Shown piece after piece: positions 28,856-38,054 of a stretch of 64,000 bases of DNA. The first letter of the stretch is position 1. Each line of letters begins with the position of its first letter. The notes beneath the pieces were generated by a model. It ran no database searches. It was not told where the DNA came from and worked only from the letters and a program-made list of their open reading frames with translations. The stretch is from Bacteroidota bacterium (GTDB taxonomy: Bacteria > Bacteroidota > Bacteroidia > 2-12-FULL-35-15). The stretch covers positions 15,728 through 79,727 of the forward strand of contig JBQTHQ010000076.1 of assembly GCA_052389695.1 (NCBI GenBank), given 5' to 3'. A program made the translations under genes and the position numbers.

Positions 28856-30625
28856 TTATTTTATGACTTGTATTCTTGTTTCTTTTAGTTGTACACCCGG
28901 CATTGTCAATCCGTATAGTCCTGAACTTAAACCGTCCAGGTTAACAATTACCTGATCTGCTCTATTTATGTTTAGGGTTTTTACAGTGCGCCCTGTCATA
29001 TCAACAATTGAAAGCATTCCGCTTACAGATTCTCCAAACACAATTGTTAACTGTTCTGTAGCGGGATTTGGATAAGCCATTGTTTGGATCTCTTTGCTGT
29101 TTTCTGCAATTCCCATTGCTATGTCTATTGTATTTAAAGTGGTGTTGGTAACAATAGGCGCATTGTAATCAAAATAAATATACCCGGTATTTTTGATTCG
29201 CGTTCCGTTAGCAAGTCCGGTTTTCGTTTTTATTTTATAAACGACCCAACCGTGTGATAGTGGTTCATTCACATTGCTGTCCGGCAGCATAATGTTCGGA
29301 TAATCGAAACGGATACTATTATTTTCAAGAAAATAAGGATTCATGGCATGACTGCTTGCTACAATTTTGAAAGTAGACATATCCAGGTTGCTACTGATAG
29401 TGTCTTTTATATACACATTTATAGCAGGGGCAGTTCCTGTGTTCTGAAAATTAATAATATACGTAAGTTCCTCATCCGGAGCAATATTTCCATTAGCGCC
29501 TATTCCAGCAGGACTCACTTCTTTATTATTCGGATCATAAGGGCCACCAATAATGCGGCATGAATAATATGTATTATTATTTATGTTTATATCTGATGCT
29601 GTTGGATCAATTGATACGGTAAAACATGCTGTATCAAAGATGACCGCATTTGTATTGGTTTTAATATTTAAGGTAGCATTAAAGGCGGCTCCCCAATAAT
29701 ATACCGAAGCATTCATTATTATGTTCCATGTTAAAACATTCCCCATTACTGATGACGGAGCAGGCCCTGAAGCCATGTCCACATACGTTACATCCGGGTC
29801 AAGGGTAAGTGTAATAATAGCAGGAGTTGAAGTACAGGACCAGTTTGTTGCATGCACTGTAAGCCTTTCGCTGCTGCCGGGGGCAGCCACTCTGCCAAAA
29901 CTATACACACTAAGATCGTAGCCGGAAGCTGTGCAATCTAACCCGAAATCAAAACTGGCTGGGCCTGTTGAATTAAAAGTATAAAATCCCGAAGCCGGAC
30001 AGTTCACTGAAGAGTAAGCGCTGCTCCAATAACTAGAAGGCCGGATTTCTAATCCCGTAAGACCGGAAAGAAGGTCTGCTGAATAATAACCGCTTGTATT
30101 TGTATATGCATGAGTAACCACATTGCCTGATATACTTATCACAATAGGAACTCCGGCAAGAGTGTCGTCTCCGGCATCAAAAATACAGTTGTTATTATTG
30201 TCATAGTAACAATATCCATCCACTTTCTCACAACCTGAAGTGATCACAATAGGCGCACTAATTAAGGTATCGGCCTTGCCATCGGGTCCTGTGACAATAA
30301 CTTTAATATCATATGTTCCCCCAGAAGTGTAAATGTGTGTGAGATCAGGAAAAAAATAGCTTGGCGAACCTCCGGAAATTCTCTCCCGAAAAGTGGTATC
30401 GGTACCGTCATCCCAAAAACATTGAATATCCAGACTATCGGTAACAGGAGTATAACCGGTGGTAGTTCCCCATACCATGAGGTCAATTGTAACCGGAGTG
30501 GTACAATAATAGCCTGTTCCACTTGAATCCATCACTGTGACAATATCTACAGTGGTTTGTGCTTTTGAATTAACCGACAATAATATTGCCAGTATAATAA
30601 GACTTCTTTGTAATAGTGTTTTCAT
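28856..30625 (-). CDS. secreted cell-surface protein with T9SS (Por) C-terminal sorting domain
   Basis: Signal peptide MKTLLQRSLIILAILLSVNSKAQ; C-terminal ~75 aa YPNPATEQLTIVF...SGLYGLTMPGVQLKETRIQVIK matches type-A T9SS CTD; internal DUF11/CARDB-like beta-sandwich repeats. Confidence 0.8.
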   Translation of the reverse strand: MKTLLQRSLIILAILLSVNSKAQTTVDIVTVMDSSGTGYYCTTPVTIDLMVWGTTTGYTPVTDSLDIQCFWDDGTDTTFRERISGGSPSYFFPDLTHIYTSGGTYDIKVIVTGPDGKADTLISAPIVITSGCEKVDGYCYYDNNNNCIFDAGDDTLAGVPIVISISGNVVTHAYTNTSGYYSADLLSGLTGLEIRPSSYWSSAYSSVNCPASGFYTFNSTGPASFDFGLDCTASGYDLSVYSFGRVAAPGSSERLTVHATNWSCTSTPAIITLTLDPDVTYVDMASGPAPSSVMGNVLTWNIIMNASVYYWGAAFNATLNIKTNTNAVIFDTACFTVSIDPTASDININNNTYYSCRIIGGPYDPNNKEVSPAGIGANGNIAPDEELTYIINFQNTGTAPAINVYIKDTISSNLDMSTFKIVASSHAMNPYFLENNSIRFDYPNIMLPDSNVNEPLSHGWVVYKIKTKTGLANGTRIKNTGYIYFDYNAPIVTNTTLNTIDIAMGIAENSKEIQTMAYPNPATEQLTIVFGESVSGMLSIVDMTGRTVKTLNINRADQVIVNLDGLSSGLYGLTMPGVQLKETRIQVIK

Positions 30626-30858
30626 TTTTATAGTTTTTAAATTGTTTTTAATTTCTTATGGGACAAATGTCTGTTGATTTGTTCCAATATAAAAAATGAA
30701 ATGTTGTAATTATTACTTTGTCAGCTTAAAACAATGTTATTGTATATATCGTAAATATTGATATTATTTTCTTTTTTTCTTACTTATTCAAATTGACATT
30801 TATGTCTATTTTTAAATAAAAAACCCTTGAAAGTTTTTAACAATCAAGGATTTTAAGA

Positions 30859-30897
30859 TGAGGTCCCGTGCGGATTATCTTCGCTGATCCGCACGGG
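30859..30897. repeat. direct repeat of tRNA-Cys 3' end (tgaggtcccgtgcggatt) embedded in an 11-bp-stem hairpin (cccgtgcggat/atccgcacggg)
   Basis: 18/18 identity with 31029-31046, which overlaps the tRNA acceptor/T-arm. Confidence 0.5.
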
Positions 30898-30997
30898 CAA
30901 GCCTAAAGTCAAAGATCAAAAAGTCAAAGCCTGTTACTTTGCTTCTATTTTTTCTTCCGCCAGCTAAAACAAGTTTTGCTGCCTCCAGAAAAATCAA

Positions 30998-31022
30998 AAG
31001 TCGGCTAAATGCCGACTTTTTG
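30998..31022 (-). terminator. tRNA-Cys terminator hairpin (aaaagtcggc-attta-gccgactttt + T-run on minus strand)
   Basis: 10-bp stem immediately 3' of the tRNA on the minus strand, followed by gatttttc. Confidence 0.5.
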
Positions 31023-31031
31023 ATCTTATTG

Positions 31032-31102
31032 AGGTCCCGTGCGGATTCGAACCGCAGTAGGAGCTTTTGCAGAGCTCAGCCTAGCCACTCGGCCACAGGA
31101 CC
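31032..31102 (-). tRNA. tRNA-Cys (anticodon GCA)
   Basis: Minus-strand read GGTCCTG...GAGCT-CTGCAAA-AGCTC...TGCGGTTCGAATCCGCA CGGGACC T: 7-bp acceptor stem (one G-U), 5-bp anticodon stem, loop C-U-GCA-A-A, canonical GGTTCGAATCC T-arm. Confidence 0.85.
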
Positions 31103-31383
31103 TTATTTTTATTTTTTTGAGCCTTACTTGCTCAGCCTGTCCGCTTCAGGCGAACACAGGCCTTATTACAGAAAACAAAAATACGAATTTATAACAACAA
31201 ACTATTATTTTTCGGAGACAGCCGAATATTCCTTTAAACAAACCGGACATAAACAATTGTCATATTGCTCTTTTAGTGTTTTTAATGTTGTAGCATCAAC
31301 ATACAATTCATCGCACCAGCAGCCTTCTTTTTCACTGCTACACTCAAAAGCGGAAGTGCATTTTGAACAATTTTTTGCTGCCA

Positions 31384-31734
31384 TTATCCTGAAATTACAA
31401 TACTTACCCCCTGTACATTACCATTCATCGGGGGATTAAGTTTGGTAACTTTTACTTTTATTTTTTTTAATCCGCTTAATTCCTTTTTTAATTCATTGAT
31501 AATGCGCTGTCCCACATGCTCAATCAGCTTTGAACGTATTGCCATTTGTTTTTTTACGATTTCGTAAACTGTAACATAATCAATCGTTTTATTCAGATCG
31601 TCTGTTTTTGCTGCTTCTGAAAAATCGGTTTCCAGTGCAACATCCACAATATAATCCGCGCCGATCTTTGCCTCTTCTTCAAGGCAACCGTGGTAAGCAT
31701 ATAGCTTTATTCCTTCGACCAATATTTTATTCAT
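31384..31734 (-). CDS. folB: dihydroneopterin aldolase
   Basis: 116 aa; IKLYAYHGCLEEEAKIGADYIVDVAL...TIDYVTVYEIV matches the FolB fold signature. Confidence 0.8.
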   Translation of the reverse strand: MNKILVEGIKLYAYHGCLEEEAKIGADYIVDVALETDFSEAAKTDDLNKTIDYVTVYEIVKKQMAIRSKLIEHVGQRIINELKKELSGLKKIKVKVTKLNPPMNGNVQGVSIVISG

Positions 31735-31744
31735 GGGCCCCTCC

Positions 31745-31770
31745 CGACCTCCCCAAAGGGGAGGAGTTTG
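31745..31770. repeat. REP-like palindromic element copy 2 (ccTCCCCaaaGGGGAgg variant)
   Basis: Between gltX stop and folB start. Confidence 0.45.
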
Positions 31771-31806
31771 CTATGTTTAAAAATGTTTTTAAAGCCACTA
31801 CTTGAG

Positions 31807-33468
31807 TTATGCCCCTTCTCCTTTGGAGAAGGGATTAAGGGATGAGGCCGCCATTTCTAATCTCTTCACTACTTCCTCTTTCCCCAACAATTCCACCACC
31901 TCAAACAATGCGGGCCCTCCGCCAACACCACTGATACATACTCTGAACAATTGCATTACCTGCCCCGCTCCAATATCCAGTTTTTCAGCAGTTGATTTAA
32001 AAGCCGCTTCCGTTTCAGTAGCTGTAAAATTATTTATGTTTTTAAATGCAGTTGTGACTTCTTTAATAAAATTGGCCGATTGTTCGTTCCAACGCTTTTT
32101 AATTACTTCAGGATCATAAGCTGTTGGGGCAATAAAAAAATAAGATCCATCTTTAATAATATCTAATGGAAATATTGCTTTTTCTTTCATTAACCCACAG
32201 ACTTTTGCTAAAAAATCAAAATCGTCTTTATTGAGTTGGTCAATATTTAATTTATTTTCTAGTATACTTTCTTTAAAACCTACTTTAATACTAAACAGCC
32301 TGTTTTTACCTAGAAGATTGAATAGTTTATGATCATATTTATCTGTTTCCCAATATTTCCATAAAATTTTAGCTAGTTCTTCGTTACTTTTTTTCTTTAA
32401 GTACTGTTGGTTAAACCATTTTGTTTTTTCAGGATCAAATTTTGCTCCTGACTTATGTACCCGTTCAAATGAGAACGCTTCTATCAATTCTTCTTTCGAA
32501 AAAATTTCCTGTGTTGTCCCAGGGTTCCAACCCAGCATGGCCAGCATATTGATGAATGCTTCAGGAAAAAATCCGCTTTCGCGATAACCTATATAATCTG
32601 TTTTATCACGAGGATCGTGCCAGTTTAAAGGAAACATTGGCAATCCCGATTTATCCCGCTTTGATAATTTTCCATTGCCATCCGGTTTCAGAATCAATGG
32701 CAAATGCGCCAATAGCGGCATTTTATCTTCCATACCCAAATAACGATAAATTAAAATATGCGCCGGCGCTGATGGCAGCCACTCTTCGCCACGCACCGCA
32801 TGCGACACTTCCATTTCAATATCATCTACAATATGCGCCAAATGATAGGTTGGCATTCCATCCGATTTCAATAATACTTTATCATCCACTTGTGTAGAAT
32901 TCACAACTACCCAACCCCTGATAATATCATGAAAACGGATCTCTTCATTGCGCGGCACTTTTAATCTCACCACATAAGGCGCTCCTGTATCCATTAATTT
33001 TTTTACTTCGTCTTCCGAGAGCGTCAATGAATTGCGCATGTTTTGACGTGATACAGAATTGTATTGAGGGGCGGCAACCTTTGCTGCTTCTATTCTTTTG
33101 CGCATCGCATCCAGCTCTTCGGTAGAATCAAATGCATAATACGCATTACCGCTTGCAACCAATTGGTCGGCATATTTTTTATAAATTCCCTTTTCTTTTC
33201 TTTCACTTTGACGATAGGGTGCATGTGGACCATCGCCAAAACCAACACCTTCGTTTGGCTCTATGCCGCACCATTTTAATGCTTCTATAATATATTCTTC
33301 GGCACCCGCCACAAAACGTGTCTGGTCTGTGTCTTCAATACGCAATATAAAATCGCCATTGTGTTTTTTGGCAAATAAATAACTGAACAATGCCGTGCGC
33401 ACACCTCCCATGTGTAGCCCTCCTGTGGGACTAGGTGCAAAACGCAATCGAACTCTCCTGTTTTCCAT
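31807..33468 (-). CDS. gltX: glutamate--tRNA ligase
   Basis: Start at MENRRVRLRFAPSPTGGLHMGG (HIGH-type motif), KMSKS-type LSKRDKS; C-terminal ~13 aa derive from the palindromic repeat. Confidence 0.9.
   Translation of the reverse strand: MENRRVRLRFAPSPTGGLHMGGVRTALFSYLFAKKHNGDFILRIEDTDQTRFVAGAEEYIIEALKWCGIEPNEGVGFGDGPHAPYRQSERKEKGIYKKYADQLVASGNAYYAFDSTEELDAMRKRIEAAKVAAPQYNSVSRQNMRNSLTLSEDEVKKLMDTGAPYVVRLKVPRNEEIRFHDIIRGWVVVNSTQVDDKVLLKSDGMPTYHLAHIVDDIEMEVSHAVRGEEWLPSAPAHILIYRYLGMEDKMPLLAHLPLILKPDGNGKLSKRDKSGLPMFPLNWHDPRDKTDYIGYRESGFFPEAFINMLAMLGWNPGTTQEIFSKEELIEAFSFERVHKSGAKFDPEKTKWFNQQYLKKKSNEELAKILWKYWETDKYDHKLFNLLGKNRLFSIKVGFKESILENKLNIDQLNKDDFDFLAKVCGLMKEKAIFPLDIIKDGSYFFIAPTAYDPEVIKKRWNEQSANFIKEVTTAFKNINNFTATETEAAFKSTAEKLDIGAGQVMQLFRVCISGVGGGPALFEVVELLGKEEVVKRLEMAASSLNPFSKGEGA
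31808..31840. repeat. REP-like palindromic element copy 3 (gCCCCTTCTCCtttgGAGAAGGGattaagggatgagg)
   Basis: Overlaps and encodes the last residues (…NPFSKGEGA*) of the gltX ORF. Confidence 0.5.
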
Positions 33469-33628
33469 TATATTTTTATTGGGATGCAAAGATAAATAAA
33501 TGTGCCGATTAGCCGATGTAAGAACGTTCAGATATTACAATAAATTTTAGCATCGGTACACATGCACATCAGCACATTTGCACATTAATTTGGTACATTT
33601 GCACATTGTCTAATTATCACACCGAACA

Positions 33629-34573
33629 ATGCAATTACTTACACCACAAAACTTTAAAGAATACGAATTAATTGATGTCGGAGATTTTGAAAAGCTGGAA
33701 CGATTCGGGCAATACATTACAATTCGCCCGGAGCCTCAGGCTGTATGGAGTAAATCATTAAGCAACGCAGAGTGGGAAAAACGTGCCCATGTAAAATTTA
33801 TTCCTAAATCGAGTTCAGCGGGAGAATGGAAAAAATTAAAACAAATGCCGGATCAATGGAAGATTAAATATGAGATAGGAAACATCCCCCAACAACCGCA
33901 CGGGCCTTCGCACCCCCCTTCTCAGGCGCACAAGCAAACACACAAGGGGGATATTTGCTCACAAATAACATTTCGTTTAGGGTTAACATCATTTAAACAC
34001 GTTGGCATTTTCCCTGAACAAGCCAGCAATTGGGATTATATTTTTGAGTCGGTTCAAAAACTGGGAACGGCTCAACCAACAAAAGTTTTAAACCTTTTCG
34101 CTTATACGGGCGGCGCTTCCCTGGCCGCAAAAGCTGCAGGAGCAGACATCACACATGTTGATTCCATAAAACAGGTGGTTACCTGGTCAAAGGAAAACAT
34201 GGAGCTTTCGGGTTTAAATAATATTCGCTGGGTTGTGGAAGACGCATTGAAATTTGTAAAACGCGAAGAAAAAAGAGGAAATAAATACAATGGTATTATT
34301 CTTGACCCTCCCGCATTCGGACATGGCCCGAATGGTGAAAAATGGAAGCTGGAAGATAATATCAATGAAATGATCGCCGGTGTTTTAAATTTATTGGATG
34401 AAAAACATTTTCTTATTCTTAATGCTTATTCCCTTGGTTTTTCATCGCTCATCATTGAAAATTTATTAAAACAAAAGGCGGGAAACAATTTAAGCATAGG
34501 AGAATTATACTTGCAGGCAACTGAAGGAAACAAACTTCCCCTGGGCGTTTTTGGAAGATTTAGAAATTTTTAA
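33629..34573 (+). CDS. class I SAM-dependent RNA methyltransferase, RlmI/YccW-like catalytic domain (no PUA domain)
   Basis: LNLFAYTGGASLAAKAAGA (motif I), ILDPPAF (motif IV), similar to E. coli RlmI core; contains a low-complexity insert QQPHGPSHPPSQAHKQTHKG. Confidence 0.65.
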   Translation: MQLLTPQNFKEYELIDVGDFEKLERFGQYITIRPEPQAVWSKSLSNAEWEKRAHVKFIPKSSSAGEWKKLKQMPDQWKIKYEIGNIPQQPHGPSHPPSQAHKQTHKGDICSQITFRLGLTSFKHVGIFPEQASNWDYIFESVQKLGTAQPTKVLNLFAYTGGASLAAKAAGADITHVDSIKQVVTWSKENMELSGLNNIRWVVEDALKFVKREEKRGNKYNGIILDPPAFGHGPNGEKWKLEDNINEMIAGVLNLLDEKHFLILNAYSLGFSSLIIENLLKQKAGNNLSIGELYLQATEGNKLPLGVFGRFRNF

Positions 34574-34578
34574 ATTGG

Positions 34579-36324
34579 ATGGGGTCTCCGAAGAAAAATA
34601 AAAAAGCTGTTCGCCAAGAATCGGTTAAAAAAACTTCTGAAATAACATTCGGTAAATTAACCCTGATCATCGGAGTTGTTTTGCTTGTTACTTGTCTTTG
34701 TTATATTCCATCTTTACACAATGATTTTCTTAAATATTGGGATGACCAGGCATACGTAACAAACAATGATCTTATCAAAGATCTTTCGGCGAATAGCATC
34801 AAGCGCATATTCAAAGAAGACGCGGGCCTATATGCTAATTATCACCCTTTAACTACACTTTCTCTTGCCCTCAATTATCACGAAGGTGTTACTTCGTTTC
34901 CTTTTCATCTTACTAATTTGTTTTTGCATTTATTGAATACGTTGCTGGTTTTTGTTTTTATTTTTTTACTCAGCAATAAAAAAGTGCTGGTTGCTGTGCT
35001 TACAGCATTGTGGTTCGGCATTCACCCCATGCACGTTGAAAGTGTATCATGGATCTCTGAAAGAAAAGATCTGCTATACACTTTTTTTTATTTGCTTTCT
35101 CTTATCAGTTATTGGCAGTATGTCAAAAAAGATCTTGCATTAAAATTTTATCTTTTAGCTTTTGTCCTTTTTTCTTTTAGTGTATTGTCAAAGGCAATGG
35201 CTGTCAGCCTTCCAATTGTATTGCTGTTAATAGATTATTGGATGGGCCGAAAGTTTAGCATGCGTCTGCTGCTGGAAAAATTACCTTTTATTGCACTTTC
35301 TGTCATCCTGGGAATGTACGCGGTAACTATTCAAACTGAAGGCGGGGCCACCCAAAGCGTTTCCTTTCCTTTTTTTAATAAAGTATTACATGCCGGCTAT
35401 GGATTTACCATGTACATTGTAAAACTATTTGTACCAACAAATTTATCTGCATTTTATCCATACCCCTACCCTTTAGTTAATTCGGGCTGGGTTATTTCCG
35501 CTATTCCGCCTGTTTTGTATCTGACATTTTTGGTTAGTATTATTATTGTTGGTTTTGCCTTTTATTTACATGTTAGAAAAAAACCGTTTGCTAAAATTTT
35601 TATATTCGGATCGGGGTTTTATTTAGCATCCATTGCATTGGTATTGCAATACATACCTGTAGGACGGGCCATCATGGCCGATCGTTATAGCTATATTCCG
35701 TATATCGGATTGTTTTTTATTGTTGGCGAACTGCTCTACCATTTTCTTTTTTCTGATAACAATAAGAAAAAACAGTTGGGAAAATTGTTAACTGCTGCTG
35801 CTATTGTATACTCTGTTATTTTCTGTTTTCTTACTGTTAAACAAATTAAAGCCTGGAAAAATGATGGTACATTGTGGTCAAATGTAATTGACAATTACCC
35901 CAACGATAATCGAATTGTGCTTCCTTATTTCAATCGTGCATCTTATTATCTTGAAAAAAATAACTACGATCTGGCATTGAATGATTTTTTAATGATAGCG
36001 AAATATGATCCCAAAGACGTTATGACACTAGAGCGGATCGGCAGGGTCTATGGACAAAATAAAAACGATTTAGGCAATGCCATTTTGTATTTCGAAAAAG
36101 CGTTTCGGTTAAATCCGCAAAGCTCCGATGCGCTGCGCGGACTTTCCACAGCTCATGGAATAAAAGGAAATTATGCTAAGGCGTTGGAATATTCTTTAAA
36201 AGCGATCGACCTTTTCCCGGCAGACCCTTCTCTCTACATGAATGCCGCAACCAGTTATCAGTTCCTGGGGAATGCTGCAAAAGCCGAAGAATACAAGAAA
36301 AAGTCTGACGAATTAAGCAAATAA
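34579..36324 (+). CDS. membrane protein with N-terminal polytopic (PMT/TMTC-like) domain and C-terminal TPR repeats
   Basis: ~10 TM helices in the first 400 aa, then TPR-like units (AKYDPKDVMTLERIGRVY, AILYFEKAFRLNPQSSDALRGL, ALEYSLKAIDLFPADP). Confidence 0.6.
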   Translation: MGSPKKNKKAVRQESVKKTSEITFGKLTLIIGVVLLVTCLCYIPSLHNDFLKYWDDQAYVTNNDLIKDLSANSIKRIFKEDAGLYANYHPLTTLSLALNYHEGVTSFPFHLTNLFLHLLNTLLVFVFIFLLSNKKVLVAVLTALWFGIHPMHVESVSWISERKDLLYTFFYLLSLISYWQYVKKDLALKFYLLAFVLFSFSVLSKAMAVSLPIVLLLIDYWMGRKFSMRLLLEKLPFIALSVILGMYAVTIQTEGGATQSVSFPFFNKVLHAGYGFTMYIVKLFVPTNLSAFYPYPYPLVNSGWVISAIPPVLYLTFLVSIIIVGFAFYLHVRKKPFAKIFIFGSGFYLASIALVLQYIPVGRAIMADRYSYIPYIGLFFIVGELLYHFLFSDNNKKKQLGKLLTAAAIVYSVIFCFLTVKQIKAWKNDGTLWSNVIDNYPNDNRIVLPYFNRASYYLEKNNYDLALNDFLMIAKYDPKDVMTLERIGRVYGQNKNDLGNAILYFEKAFRLNPQSSDALRGLSTAHGIKGNYAKALEYSLKAIDLFPADPSLYMNAATSYQFLGNAAKAEEYKKKSDELSK

Positions 36325-36333
36325 AAGCAGCTC

Positions 36334-36738
36334 CTACTTTTTCACAGGGGCATTGGTGGTAGTGGTTTTCTTGACAGTTGTGGTCTTTGTGCCTGTCGTT
36401 GTTTTTTTAACAGTAGTTGTCTTTTTTACTGTGGCCGGTTTTTTCTGTGGCGAAGGCAAAACCGTATACGGCATGTTCATTCTTATAAAATTGGTGAATT
36501 GCCCCTTGTCGGCATGAGCAAATATTGTTATACCTTTTACTTTATCAACAGAAAGTATTTTGCTGAAGTGCGGTATTTCCTGCGCTGAACGAACCGCAAA
36601 TTTAAAATACGCCACCTTTGAATTCTTAAATAACTGGTTAACCTTTTGCTGTTGCGGATATGGCAGTTGTTGTGCGTTTGCATCTGTTAAAGAAAACAGC
36701 GCTGTTAAAACGAATGTTAGAACTAAAAACTTTTTCAT
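36334..36738 (-). CDS. secreted protein with C-terminal Thr/Lys-rich repeats, unknown function
   Basis: Signal peptide MKKFLVLTFVLTALFSLTDANAQ; C-terminal TVKKTTTVKKTTTGTKTTTVKKTTTT. Confidence 0.45.
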   Translation of the reverse strand: MKKFLVLTFVLTALFSLTDANAQQLPYPQQQKVNQLFKNSKVAYFKFAVRSAQEIPHFSKILSVDKVKGITIFAHADKGQFTNFIRMNMPYTVLPSPQKKPATVKKTTTVKKTTTGTKTTTVKKTTTTNAPVKK

Positions 36739-36764
36739 TGTAATCAAATTTAAAAATTAAATTT

Positions 36765-38003
36765 TCATTCCTCAAGCATTTTTTCCACAAACAATGTTGT
36801 TTGTTCTATAAACCTGGTGTAATTATCTCCGGTAGCCGGACCATAAAATCCTGTATATATTTTTCGCACAAGGCCTTTTTTATCAATATAAATTGTAGTT
36901 GGAAACGCCATCACTTTGTTCAACATGGGCAGGGCTTTCGAGGCCTGGTCTTTGCCGGTTTTTTCTGTAATTAAAAGTTCATAGTTCACGTTGAATCTTT
37001 TTTTTGTCCGCGAAACGTTGCTAACGGCCTTGTTAAAATCATCGGTTCTTTCGAAAGCCAGACCCAACACCTCTAAGCCTTTTGATCTGTATTTATCATA
37101 AAGGGGGGCCAAAAATTTTGTTTCATCCATACAATTTGGGCACCAAGAGCCCATTAGCTGAATGATCACTACTTTGTTCCGGAATTTTTCGTCTGACAAG
37201 GAAACTTTTTTTCCTTCCAGGTTTTTGAAACTAAAATCCACTTTTGTAAATCCTGGTTTTAAATGTGTAAGAGAATCCGGATCGCGAAGTTCGAATTTTT
37301 CATTTCGTTGTGCTGCCCAGGATTCGTGCCAATGAGCGCCGGAATAAAAGTGCCCGACAACACTATCTGCGCCAACAAAATTTCCGGTGAATAAAAATGC
37401 GTGCGCACCATCAAAACAAGATAAATAAAAATTTCTCTGGCCTCTTTCGCCTGATAAATAACGATAATCTCCTGTTTCGGTTATAAATGTTCCTTTAACA
37501 TCGTGGGACGAGCCATCTTTAAACAAACCCATTGCTTTTGTTTTTTCTTTTGAGTTGGGACTAAAATCTACTTCCCACCTTCCTTCAATTTTTGGCAAAT
37601 ATTTGGTTGCGAATATTTGTTTTTCCCTTGCGACAAAAGCTATGAAAGGAATTCGATTTTTATCTTTTCGTGAATGATTGATCCAGTACCCTTTTAAAGA
37701 ATCGCCTAAATTTTTACAGCGAAATTCTGAATCGAATACGGGCATTTTGATAATCACTGAATCACCGTTTAAAAAAATTTCATCCACAATAATTCGCTCC
37801 TCTGCATTAATTATTTCGAAGGATAATTTTTTGTTCGTGTTTTTTATTTCGAAATTAAAGGGCAGTTGTGTCGTATCGTTTAACTGCAGCGATCCACCCC
37901 AAACGCCTTTTTTTAAAGCCTTTTGAGCGGAGATAATATTTAAAAACAATAAAAATAAAATTACCGTTGCGATGTTTTTCTTTGCTTTCATTTTTTTATC
38001 CAT
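36765..38003 (-). CDS. TlpA/ResA-family thioredoxin-like thiol-disulfide oxidoreductase with N-terminal DUF4369-like domain
   Basis: Signal peptide; VVIIQLMGSWCPNCMDETKFLAPLYDKYRSKGLEVLGLAFE contains the WCxxC active site in a thioredoxin fold. Confidence 0.75.
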   Translation of the reverse strand: MDKKMKAKKNIATVILFLLFLNIISAQKALKKGVWGGSLQLNDTTQLPFNFEIKNTNKKLSFEIINAEERIIVDEIFLNGDSVIIKMPVFDSEFRCKNLGDSLKGYWINHSRKDKNRIPFIAFVAREKQIFATKYLPKIEGRWEVDFSPNSKEKTKAMGLFKDGSSHDVKGTFITETGDYRYLSGERGQRNFYLSCFDGAHAFLFTGNFVGADSVVGHFYSGAHWHESWAAQRNEKFELRDPDSLTHLKPGFTKVDFSFKNLEGKKVSLSDEKFRNKVVIIQLMGSWCPNCMDETKFLAPLYDKYRSKGLEVLGLAFERTDDFNKAVSNVSRTKKRFNVNYELLITEKTGKDQASKALPMLNKVMAFPTTIYIDKKGLVRKIYTGFYGPATGDNYTRFIEQTTLFVEKMLEE

Positions 38004-38014
38004 TTCTCACCTAT

Positions 38015-38054
38015 TGCCCCCTCTCCTTGGGAGAGGGGATGAAGGGGAGAGGTT
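38015..38054. repeat. REP-like palindromic element copy 4 (ttgCCCCCTCTCCttggGAGAGGGGatgaaggggagagg)
   Basis: Between TlpA-like start and ALDH stop; includes an extra partial arm. Confidence 0.55.

Noticed and set aside
30939-31439. 166-aa plus-strand ORF
   Set aside because: Runs straight through tRNA-Cys, its terminator and the folB 3' end on the opposite strand; low-complexity translation; artefact of an AT/GC-mixed intergenic region.
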